Shown here one piece after another: positions 42,801 through 55,480 of a stretch of 64,000 nt of DNA. The stretch covers positions 10,230,001 through 10,294,000 of the forward strand of contig OZ193909.1 in assembly GCA_964276515.1 (NCBI GenBank). The letters run 5' to 3'. Numbering within the stretch: position 1 is the first letter of the stretch; each line of letters begins with the position of its first letter. Under the pieces are notes generated by a model that saw only the letters and a program-made list of their open reading frames with translations, did no database searches and was not told the DNA's origin. A program made the position numbers and the translations under genes. The DNA is from Gordius albopunctatus. Lineage: Eukaryota.

Positions 42801-45800
42801 ATATGGTTTAATGGAAATAATTTTAAATATTTTGAGCTGAAAAATATATTTTTTGTTATTTTGTGTAAAAGAGCTTGAAAAAATATATAAAAGTATGCTA
42901 ATTTGAGATTCCTATTAATCTCGATCGACTCCTTATAAGAAGTTTTAATCTGCGAAAACTATCATTTTGAGGAAAGACAACGTTATATTGTTGCGATTAA
43001 TTTGTTTCATCGCGACGAGAGTGCTGAATTTTTGAAACATGCTATATGCGATGATTATTTCAAAGTAATAGTTATCTAATTGTGATAAATTTTTACTTCT
43101 TATCATGAAAATCACGTCTGAAAATAACAACTTTCATCGGATGAATATGGTTTAATGGAAATAATTTTAAATATTTTGAGTTGAAAAATATATTTTTAGT
43201 TATTTTGTGTAAAAGAGCTTGAAAAAATATATAAAAGTATGCTAATTTGAGATTCCTATTAATCTCGATCGACTCCTTATAAGAAGTTTTAAGCTGCGAG
43301 AACTATCATTTTGAGGAAAGACAACGTTATATTGTTGCGATTAGTTTGTTTCATCGCGACGAGAGTGCTGAATTTTTGAAACATGTTATATGCGATGATT
43401 ATTTCAAAGTAATAGTTATCTAATTGTGATAAATTTTTACTTCTTATCATGGAATACACGTCTGAAAATAATAACTTTCATCGGATGAATATGGTTTAAT
43501 GGAAATAATTTTAAATATTTTGAGTTGAAAAATATATTTTTAGTTATTTTGTGTAAAAGAGCTTGAAAAAATATATAAAAGTATGCTAATTTGAGATTCC
43601 TATTAATCTCGATCGACTCCTTATAAGAAGTTTTAAGCTGCGAGAACTATCATTTTGAGGAAAGACAACGTTATATTGTTGCGATTAGTTTGTTTCATCG
43701 CGACGAGAGTGCTGAATTTTTGAAACATGCTATATGCGATGATTATTTCAAAGTAATAGTTATCTAATTGTGATAAATTTTTACTTCTTATCATGAAAAT
43801 CACGTCTGAAAATAACAACTTTCATCGGATGAATATGGTTTAATGGAAATAATTTTAAATATTTTGAGCTGAAAAATATATTTTTTGTTATTTTGTGTAA
43901 AAGAGCTTGAAAAAATATATAAAAGTAAGCTAATTTTAGATTCCTATTGATCTCGATCGACTCCTTATAAGAAGTTTTAAGCTGCGAGAACTATCATTTT
44001 GAGGAAAGACAACGTTATATTGTTGCGATTAGTTTGTTTCATCGCGACGAGAGTGCTGAATTTTTGAAACATGCTATATGCGATGATTATTTCAAAGTAA
44101 TAGTTATCTAATTGTGATAAATTTTACTTCTTATCATGAAAATCACGTCTGAAAATAACAACTTTCATCGGATGAATATGGTTTAATGGAAATAATTTTA
44201 AATATTTTGAGCTGAAAAATATATTTTTTGTTATTTTGTGTAAAAGAGCTTGAAAAAATATATAAAAGTATGCTAATTTGAGATTCATATTAATCTCGAT
44301 CGACTCCTTATAAGAAGTTTTAAGCTGCGAGAACTATCATTTTGAGGAAAGACAACGTTATATTGTTGCGATTAGTTTGTTTCATCGCGACGAGAGTGCT
44401 GAATTTTTGAAACATGCTATATGCGATGATTATTTCAAAGTAATAGTTATCTAATTGTGATAAATTTTTACTTCTTATGATGGAATACACGTCTGAAAAT
44501 AACAACTTTCTTCGGATGAATATGGTTTAATGGAAATAATTTTAAATATTTTGAGCTGAAAAATATATTTTTTGTTATTTTGTGTAAAAGAGCTTGAAAA
44601 AATATATAAAAGTAAGCTAATTTTAGATTCCTATTGATCTCGATCGACTCCTTATAAGAAGTTTTAAGCTGCGAGAACTATCATTTTGAGGAAAGACAAC
44701 GTTATATTGTTGCGATTAGTTTGTTTCATCGCGACGAGAGTGCTGAATTTTTGAAACATGCTATATGCGATGATTATTTCAAAGTAATAGTTATCTAATT
44801 GTGATAAATTTTTACTTCTTATCATGAAAATCACGTCTGAAAATAACAACTTTCATCGGATGAATATGGTTTAATGGAAATAATTTTAAATATTTTGAGC
44901 TGAAAAATATATTTTTTGTTATTTTGTGTAAAAGAGCTTGAAAAAATATATAAAAGTAAGCTAATTTTAGATTCCTATTGATCTCGATCGACTCCTTATA
45001 AGAAGTTTTAAGCTGCGAGAACTATCATTTTGAGGAAAGACAACGTTATATTGTTGCGATTAGTTTGTTTCATCGCGACGAGAGTGCTGAATTTTTGAAA
45101 CATGCTATATGCGATGATTATTTCAAAGTAATAGTTATCTAATTGTGATAAATTTTTACTTCTTATCATGAAAATCACGTCTGAAAATAACAACTTTCAT
45201 CGGATGAATATGGTTTAATGGAAATAATTTTAAATATTTTGAGCTGAAAAATATATTTTTTGTTATTTTGTGTAAAAGAGCTTGAAAAAATATATAAAAG
45301 TATGCTAATTTGAGATTCCTATTAATCTCGATCGACTCCTTATAAGAAGTTTTAATCTGCGAAAACTATCATTTTGAGGAAAGACAACGTTATATTGTTG
45401 CGATTAATTTGTTTCATCGCGACGAGAGTGCTGAATTTTTGAAACATGCTATATGCGATGATTATTTCAAAGTAATAGTTATCTAATTGTGATAAATTTT
45501 TACTTCTTATCATGAAAATCACGTCTGAAAATAACAACTTTCATCGGATGAATATGGTTTAATGGAAATAATTTTAAATATTTTGAGTTGAAAAATATAT
45601 TTTTAGTTATTTTGTGTAAAAGAGCTTGAAAAAATATATAAAAGTATGCTAATTTGAGATTCCTATTAATCTCGATCGACTCCTTATAAGAAGTTTTAAG
45701 CTGCGAGAACTATCATTTTGAGGAAAGACAACGTTATATTGTTGCGATTAGTTTGTTTCATCGCGACGAGAGTGCTGAATTTTTGAAACATGCTATATGC

Positions 45801-48800
45801 GATGATTATTTCAAAGTAATAGTTATCTAATTGTGATAAATTTTTACTTCTTATCATGAAAATCACGTCTGAAAATAACAACTTTCATCGGATGAATATG
45901 GTTTAATGGAAATAATTTTAAATATTTTGAGCTGAAAAATATATTTTTTGTTATTTTGTGTAAAAGAGCTTGAAAAAATATATAAAAGTATGCTAATTTG
46001 AGATTCATATTAATCTCGATCGACTCCTTATAAGAAGTTTTAAGCTGCGAGAACTATCATTTTGAGGAAAGACAACGTTATATTGTTGCGATTAGTTTGT
46101 TTCATCGCGACGAGAGTGCTGAATTTTTGAAACATGCTATATGCGATGATTATTTCAAAGTAATAGTTATCTAATTGTGATAAATTTTTACTTCTTATGA
46201 TGGAATACACGTCTGAAAATAACAACTTTCTTCGGATGAATATGGTTTAATGGAAATAATTTTAAATATTTTGAGCTGAAAAATATATTTTTTGTTATTT
46301 TGTGTAAAAGAGCTTGAAAAAATATATAAAAGTAAGCTAATTTTAGATTCCTATTGATCTCGATCGACTCCTTATAAGAAGTTTTAAGCTGCGAGAACTA
46401 TCATTTTGAGGAAAGACAACGTTATATTGTTGCGATTAGTTTGTTTCATCGCGACGAGAGTGCTGAATTTTTGAAACATGCTATATGCGATGATTATTTC
46501 AAAGTAATAGTTATCTAATTGTGATAAATTTTTACTTCTTATCATGAAAATCACGTCTGAAAATAACAACTTTCATCGGATGAATATGGTTTAATGGAAA
46601 TAATTTTAAATATTTTGAGCTGAAAAATATATTTTTTGTTATTTTGTGTAAAAGAGCTTGAAAAAATATATAAAAGTAAGCTAATTTTAGATTCCTATTG
46701 ATCTCGATCGACTCCTTATAAGAAGTTTTAAGCTGCGAGAACTATCATTTTGAGGAAAGACAACGTTATATTGTTGCGATTAGTTTGTTTCATCGCGACG
46801 AGAGTGCTGAATTTTTGAAACATGCTATATGCGATGATTATTTCAAAGTAATAGTTATCTAATTGTGATAAATTTTTACTTCTTATCATGAAAATCACGT
46901 CTGAAAATAACAACTTTCATCGGATGAATATGGTTTAATGGAAATAATTTTAAATATTTTGAGCTGAAAAATATATTTTTTGTTATTTTGTGTAAAAGAG
47001 CTTGAAAAAATATATAAAAGTATGCTAATTTGAGATTCCTATTAATCTCGATCGACTCCTTATAAGAAGTTTTAATCTGCGAAAACTATCATTTTGAGGA
47101 AAGACAACGTTATATTGTTGCGATTAATTTGTTTCATCGCGACGAGAGTGCTGAATTTTTGAAACATGCTATATGCGATGATTATTTCAAAGTAATAGTT
47201 ATCTAATTGTGATAAATTTTTACTTCTTATCATGAAAATCACGTCTGAAAATAACAACTTTCATCGGATGAATATGGTTTAATGGAAATAATTTTAAATA
47301 TTTTGAGTTGAAAAATATATTTTTAGTTATTTTGTGTAAAAGAGCTTGAAAAAATATATAAAAGTATGCTAATTTGAGATTCCTATTAATCTCGATCGAC
47401 TCCTTATAAGAAGTTTTAAGCTGCGAGAACTATCATTTTGAGGAAAGACAACGTTATATTGTTGCGATTAGTTTGTTTCATCGCGACGAGAGTGCTGAAT
47501 TTTTGAAACATGTTATATGCGATGATTATTTCAAAGTAATAGTTATCTAATTGTGATAAATTTTTACTTCTTATCATGGAATACACGTCTGAAAATAATA
47601 ACTTTCATCGGATGAATATGGTTTAATGGAAATAATTTTAAATATTTTGAGTTGAAAAATATATTTTTAGTTATTTTGTGTAAAAGAGCTTGAAAAAATA
47701 TATAAAAGTATGCTAATTTGAGATTCCTATTAATCTAGATCGACTCCTTATAAGAAGTCTTAAGCTGCGAGAACTATCATTTTGAGGAAAGACAACGTTA
47801 TATTGTTGCGATTAGTTTGTTTCATCGCGACGAGAGTGCTGAATTTTTGAAACATGCTATATGCGATGATTATTTCAAAGTAATAGTTATCTAATTGTGA
47901 TAAATTTTTACTTCTTATCATGAAAATCACGTCTGAAAATAACAACTTTCATCGGATGAATATGGTTTAATGGAAATAATTTTAAATATTTTGAGCTGAA
48001 AAATATATTTTTTGTTATTTTGTGTAAAAGAGCTTGAAAAAATATATAAAAGTATGCTAATTTGAGATTCCTATTAATCTCGATCGACTCCTTATAAGAA
48101 GTTTTAATCTGCGAAAACTATCATTTTGAGGAAAGACAACGTTATATTGTTGCGATTAATTTGTTTCATCGCGACGAGAGTGCTGAATTTTTGAAACATG
48201 CTATATGCGATGATTATTTCAAAGTAATAGTTATCTAATTGTGATAAATTTTTACTTCTTATCATGAAAATCACGTCTGAAAATAACAACTTTCATCGGA
48301 TGAATATGGTTTAATGGAAATAATTTTAAATATTTTGAGTTGAAAAATATATTTTTAGTTATTTTGTGTAAAAGAGCTTGAAAAAATATATAAAAGTATG
48401 CTAATTTGAGATTCCTATTAATCTCGATCGACTCCTTATAAGAAGTTTTAAGCTGCGAGAACTATCATTTTGAGGAAAGACAACGTTATATTGTTGCGAT
48501 TAGTTTGTTTCATCGCGACGAGAGTGCTGAATTTTTGAAACATGTTATATGCGATGATTATTTCAAAGTAATAGTTATCTAATTGTGATAAATTTTTACT
48601 TCTTATCATGGAATACACGTCTGAAAATAATAACTTTCATCGGATGAATATGGTTTAATGGAAATAATTTTAAATATTTTGAGTTGAAAAATATATTTTT
48701 AGTTATTTTGTGTAAAAGAGCTTGAAAAAATATATAAAAGTATGCTAATTTGAGATTCCTATTAATCTAGATCGACTCCTTATAAGAAGTCTTAAGCTGC

Positions 48801-51800
48801 GAGAACTATCATTTTGAGGAAAGACAACGTTATATTGTTGCGATTAGTTTGTTTCATCGCGACGAGAGTGCTGAATTTTTGAAACATGCTATATGCGATG
48901 ATTATTTCAAAGTAATAGTTATCTAATTGTGATAAATTTTTACTTCTTATCATGAAAATCACGTCTGAAAATAACAACTTTCATCGGATGAATATGGTTT
49001 AATGGAAATAATTTTAAATATTTTGAGCTGAAAAATATATTTTTTGTTATTTTGTGTAAAAGAGCTTGAAAAAATATATAAAAGTAAGCTAATTTTAGAT
49101 TCCTATTGATCTCGATCGACTCCTTATAAGAAGTTTTAAGCTGCGAGAACTATCATTTTGAGGAAAGACAACGTTATATTGTTGCGATTAGTTTGTTTCA
49201 TCGCGACGAGAGTGCTGAATTTTTGAAACATGCTATATGCGATGATTATTTCAAAGTAATAGTTATCTAATTGTGATAAATTTTTACTTCTTATCATGAA
49301 AATCACGTCTGAAAATAACAACTTTCATCGGATGAATATGGTTTAATGGAAATAATTTTAAATATTTTGAGCTGAAAAATATATTTTTTGTTATTTTGTG
49401 TAAAAGAGCTTGAAAAAATATATAAAAGTAAGCTAATTTTAGATTCCTATTGATCTCGATCGACTCCTTATAAGAAGTTTTAAGCTGCGAGAACTATCAT
49501 TTTGAGGAAAGACAACGTTATATTGTTGCGATTAGTTTGTTTCATCGCGACGAGACTGCTGAATTTTTGAAACATGCTATATGCGATGATTATTTCAAAG
49601 TAATAGTTATCTAATTGTGATAAATTTTTACTTCTTATCATGAAAATCACGTCTGAAAATTACAACTTTCATCGGATGAATATGGTTTAATGGAAATAAT
49701 TTTAAATATTTTGAGCTGAAAAATATATTTTTTGTTATTTTATGTAAAAGAGCTTGAAAAAATATATAAAAGTAAGCTAATTTGAGATTCCTATTAATCT
49801 CGATCGACTCCTTATAAGAAGTTTTAAGCTGCGAGAACTATCATTTTGAGGAAAGACAACGTTATATTGTTGCGATTAGTTTGTTTCATCGCGACGAGAG
49901 TGCTGAATTTTTGAAACATGCTATATGCGATGATTATTTCAAAGTAATAGTTATCTAATTGTGATAAATTTTTACTTCTTATCATGAAAATCACGTCTGA
50001 AAATAACAACTTTCATCGGATGAATATGGTTTAATGGAAATAATTTTAAATATTTTGAGCTGAAAAATATATTTTTTGTTATTTTGTGTAAAAGAGCTTG
50101 AAAAAATATATAAAAGTATGCTAATTTGAGATTCCTATTAATCTCGATCGACTCCTTATAAGAAGTTTTAATCTGCGAAAACTATCATTTTGAGGAAAGA
50201 CAACGTTATATTGTTGCGATTAATTTGTTTCATCGCGACGAGAGTGCTGAATTTTTGAAACATGCTATATGCGATGATTATTTCAAAGTAATAGTTATCT
50301 AATTGTGATAAATTTTTACTTCTTATCATGAAAATCACGTCTGAAAATAACAACTTTCATCGGATGAATATGGTTTAATGGAAATAATTTTAAATATTTT
50401 GAGTTGAAAAATATATTTTTAGTTATTTTGTGTAAAAGAGCTTGAAAAAATATATAAAAGTATGCTAATTTGAGATTCCTATTAATCTCGATCGACTCCT
50501 TATAAGAAGTTTTAAGCTGCGAGAACTATCATTTTGAGGAAAGACAACGTTATATTGTTGCGATTAGTTTGTTTCATCGCGACGAGAGTGCTGAATTTTT
50601 GAAACATGTTATATGCGATGATTATTTCAAAGTAATAGTTATCTAATTGTGATAAATTTTTACTTCTTATCATGGAATACACGTCTGAAAATAATAACTT
50701 TCATCGGATGAATATGGTTTAATGGAAATAATTTTAAATATTTTGAGTTGAAAAATATATTTTTAGTTATTTTGTGTAAAAGAGCTTGAAAAAATATATA
50801 AAAGTATGCTAATTTGAGATTCCTATTAATCTAGATCGACTCCTTATAAGAAGTCTTAAGCTGCGAGAACTATCATTTTGAGGAAAGACAACGTTATATT
50901 GTTGCGATTAGTTTGTTTCATCGCGACGAGAGTGCTGAATTTTTGAAACATGCTATATGCGATGATTATTTCAAAGTAATAGTTATCTAATTGTGATAAA
51001 TTTTTACTTCTTATCATGAAAATCACGTCTGAAAATAACAACTTTCATCGGATGAATATGGTTTAATGGAAATAATTTTAAATATTTTGAGCTGAAAAAT
51101 ATATTTTTTGTTATTTTGTGTAAAAGAGCTTGAAAAAATATATAAAAGTATGCTAATTTGAGATTCCTATTAATCTCGATCGACTCCTTATAAGAAGTTT
51201 TAATCTGCGAAAACTATCATTTTGAGGAAAGACAACGTTATATTGTTGCGATTAATTTGTTTCATCGCGACGAGAGTGCTGAATTTTTGAAACATGCTAT
51301 ATGCGATGATTATTTCAAAGTAATAGTTATCTAATTGTGATAAATTTTTACTTCTTATCATGAAAATCACGTCTGAAAATAACAACTTTCATCGGATGAA
51401 TATGGTTTAATGGAAATAATTTTAAATATTTTGAGTTGAAAAATATATTTTTAGTTATTTTGTGTAAAAGAGCTTGAAAAAATATATAAAAGTATGCTAA
51501 TTTGAGATTCCTATTAATCTCGATCGACTCCTTATAAGAAGTTTTAAGCTGCGAGAACTATCATTTTGAGGAAAGACAACGTTATATTGTTGCGATTAGT
51601 TTGTTTCATCGCGACGAGAGTGCTGAATTTTTGAAACATGCTATATGCGATGATTATTTCAAAGTAATAGTTATCTAATTGTGATAAATTTTTACTTCTT
51701 ATCATGAAAATCACGTCTGAAAATAACAACTTTCATCGGATGAATATGGTTTAATGGAAATAATTTTAAATATTTTGAGCTGAAAAATATATTTTTTGTT

Positions 51801-52000
51801 ATTTTGTGTAAAAGAGCTTGAAAAAATATATAAAAGTATGCTAATTTGAGATTCATATTAATCTCGATCGACTCCTTATAAGAAGTTTTAAGCTGCGAGA
51901 ACTATCATTTTGAGGAAAGACAACGTTATATTGTTGCGATTAGTTTGTTTCATCGCGACGAGACTGCTGAATTTTTGAAACATGCTATATGCGATGATTA
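33851..52000. repeat. Sub-domain III: highly homogeneous core of 344-bp monomers
   Basis: ORF coordinates advance by exact multiples of 344 from 32625 to 52576 apart from one 1-bp loss (~44121). Diagnostic variants: GAGTTGAAAAATATATTTTTAG, AAATAATAAC, AATCTAGATC...GAAGTCTTAAG. Confidence 0.75.
38970..49400. repeat. Tandem duplication of a 15-monomer block (5159 bp) built from 5-mer and 3-mer sub-repeats
   Basis: 39161/44320, 40193/45352, 40881/46040, 41913/47072, 42945/48104. Internal periods are 1720 bp (39161/40881) and 1032 bp (41913/42945). Confidence 0.8.
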
Positions 52001-55000
52001 TTTCAAAGTAATAGTTATCTAATTGTGATAAATTTTAACTTCTTATCATGAAAATCACGTCTGAAAATAACAACTTTCATCGGATGAATATGGTTTAATG
52101 GAAATAATTTTAAATATTTTGAGCTGAAAAATATATTTTTTGTTATTTTGTGTAAAAGAGCTTGAAAAAATATGTAAAAGTAATCTAATTTGAGATTCAT
52201 ATTAATCTCGATCGACTCCTTATAAGAAGTTTTAATCTGCGAAAACTATTATTTTTAGGAAAGACAACGTTGTATTGTTGCGATTAGTTTGTTTCATCGC
52301 GACGAGAGTGCTGAATTTTTGAAACATGCTATATGCGATGATTATTTCAAAGTAATAGTTATCTAATTGTGATAAATTTTTACTTCTTATCATGAAAATC
52401 ACGTCTGAAAATAACAACTTTCATCGGATGAATATGGTTTAATGGAAATAATTTTAAATATTTTGAGCTGAAAAATATATTTTTTGTTATTTTGTGTAAA
52501 AGAGCTTGAAAAAATATGTAAAAGTAATCTAATTTGAGATTCATATTAATCTCGATCGATTCCTTATAAGAAGTTTTAATCTGCGAAAACTATTATTTTT
52601 AGGAAAGACAACGTTGTATTGTTGCGATTAGTTTGTTTCATCGCGACGAGAGTGCTGAATTTTTGAAGCATGCTATATGCCATGATGATTTCAAAGTAAT
52701 AGTTATCTAATTGTGATAAATTTTTACTTCTTATGATGGAATACACGTCTGAAAATAACAACTTTCTTCGGATGAATATGGTTTAATGGAAATAATTTTA
52801 AATATTTTGAGCTAAAAAACGATATTTTTTGTTATTTTATGTAAAAGAGCTTGAAAAAATATGTAAAAGTAAGCTAATTTGAGATTCATATTAATCTCGA
52901 TCGACTCCTTATAAGAAGTTTTAATCTGCGAAAACTATCATTTTGAGGAAAGACAACGTTATATTGTTGCGATTAATTTGTTTCATCGCGACGAGAGTGC
53001 TGAATTTTTGAAACATGCTATATGCGATGATTATTTCAAAGTAATAGTTATCTAATTGTGATAAATTTTTACTTCTTATCATGAAAATCACGTCTGAAAA
53101 TAACAACTTTCATCGGATGAATATGGTTTAATGGAAATAATTTTAAATATTTTGAGTTGAAAAATATATTTTTAGTTATTTTGTGTAAAAGAGCTTGAAA
53201 AAATATATAAAAGTATGCTAATTTGAGATTCCTATTAATCTCGATCGACTCCTTATAAGAAGTTTTAAGCTGCGAGAACTATCATTTTGAGGAAAGACAA
53301 CGTTATATTGTTGCGATTAGTTTGTTTCATCGCGACGAGAGTGCTGAATTTTTGAAACATGTTATATGCGATGATTATTTCAAAGTAATAGTTATCTAAT
53401 TGTGATAAATTTTTACTTCTTATCATGGAATACACGTCTGAAAATAATAACTTTCATCGGATGAATATGGTTTAATGGAAATAATTTTAAATATTTTGAG
53501 TTGAAAAATATATTTTTAGTTATTTTGTGTAAAAGAGCTTGAAAAAATATATAAAAGTATGCTAATTTGAGATTCCTATTAATCTAGATCGACTCCTTAT
53601 AAGAAGTCTTAAGCTGCGAGAACTATCATTTTGAGGAAAGACAACGTTATATTGTTGCGATTAGTTTGTTTCATCGCGACGAGAGTGCTGAATTTTTGAA
53701 ACATGCTATATGCGATGATTATTTCAAAGTAATAGTTATCTAATTGTGATAAATTTTTACTTCTTATCATGAAAATCACGTCTGAAAATAACAACTTTCA
53801 TCGGATGAATATGGTTTAATGGAAATAATTTTAAATATTTTGAGCTGAAAAATATATTTTTTGTTATTTTGTGTAAAAGAGCTTGAAAAAATATATAAAA
53901 GTATGCTAATTTGAGATTCCTATTAATCTCGATCGACTCCTTATAAGAAGTTTTAATCTGCGAAAACTATCATTTTGAGGAAAGACAACGTTATATTGTT
54001 GCGATTAATTTGTTTCATCGCGACGAGAGTGCTGAATTTTTGAAACATGCTATATGCGATGATTATTTCAAAGTAATAGTTATCTAATTGTGATAAATTT
54101 TTACTTCTTATCATGAAAATCACGTCTGAAAATAACAACTTTCATCGGATGAATATGGTTTAATGGAAATAATTTTAAATATTTTGAGTTGAAAAATATA
54201 TTTTTAGTTATTTTGTGTAAAAGAGCTTGAAAAAATATATAAAAGTATGCTAATTTGAGATTCCTATTAATCTCGATCGACTCCTTATAAGAAGTTTTAA
54301 GCTGCGAGAACTATCATTTTGAGGAAAGACAACGTTATATTGTTGCGATTAGTTTGTTTCATCGCGACGAGAGTGCTGAATTTTTGAAACATGCTATATG
54401 CGATGATTATTTCAAAGTAATAGTTATCTAATTGTGATAAATTTTTACTTCTTATCATGAAAATCACGTCTGAAAATAACAACTTTCATCGGATGAATAT
54501 GGTTTAATGGAAATAATTTTAAATATTTTGAGCTGAAAAATATATTTTTTGTTATTTTGTGTAAAAGAGCTTGAAAAAATATATAAAAGTATGCTAATTT
54601 GAGATTCATATTAATCTCGATCGACTCCTTATAAGAAGTTTTAAGCTGCGAGAACTATCATTTTGAGGAAAGACAACGTTATATTGTTGCGATTAGTTTG
54701 TTTCATCGCGACGAGACTGCTGAATTTTTGAAACATGCTATATGCGATGATTATTTCAAAGTAATAGTTATCTAATTGTGATAAATTTTAACTTCTTATC
54801 ATGAAAATCACGTCTGAAAATAACAACTTTCATCGGATGAATATGGTTTAATGGAAATAATTTTAAATATTTTGAGCTGAAAAATATATTTTTTGTTATT
54901 TTGTGTAAAAGAGCTTGAAAAAATATGTAAAAGTAATCTAATTTGAGATTCATATTAATCTCGATCGACTCCTTATAAGAAGTTTTAATCTGCGAAAACT

Positions 55001-55480
55001 ATTATTTTTAGGAAAGACAACGTTGTATTGTTGCGATTAGTTTGTTTCATCGCGACGAGAGTGCTGAATTTTTGAAACATGCTATATGCGATGATTATTT
55101 CAAAGTAATAGTTATCTAATTGTGATAAATTTTTACTTCTTATCATGAAAATCACGTCTGAAAATAACAACTTTCATCGGATGAATATGGTTTAATGGAA
55201 ATAATTTTAAATATTTTGAGCTGAAAAATATATTTTTTGTTATTTTGTGTAAAAGAGCTTGAAAAAATATGTAAAAGTAATCTAATTTGAGATTCATATT
55301 AATCTCGATCGATTCCTTATAAGAAGTTTTAATCTGCGAAAACTATTATTTTTAGGAAAGACAACGTTGTATTGTTGCGATTAGTTTGTTTCATCGCGAC
55401 GAGAGTGCTGAATTTTTGAAGCATGCTATATGCCATGATGATTTCAAAGTAATAGTTATCTAATTGTGATAAATTTTTAC
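50140..55480. repeat. Tandem duplication of an 8-monomer block (2753 bp)
   Basis: 50168/52921, 51200/53953, 52015/54768 (rare AATTTTAACT allele creating an alternative-frame ORF), 52232/54985. GATCGATTCC allele at ~52560/55313. Confidence 0.88.

Noticed and set aside
44115..44130. Single 343-bp monomer in the homogeneous core (T5>T4)
   Set aside because: A one-off homopolymer contraction that cannot be distinguished from a sequencing or consensus error.
52015..54953. Alternative-frame 61-aa ORFs (MNLKLDYF...) at 52015-52200 and 54768-54953, plus extended ORFs at 26072 and 62179
   Set aside because: They arise from point changes or a 1-bp insertion that remove stops in individual monomers. 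They are useful only as duplication markers.
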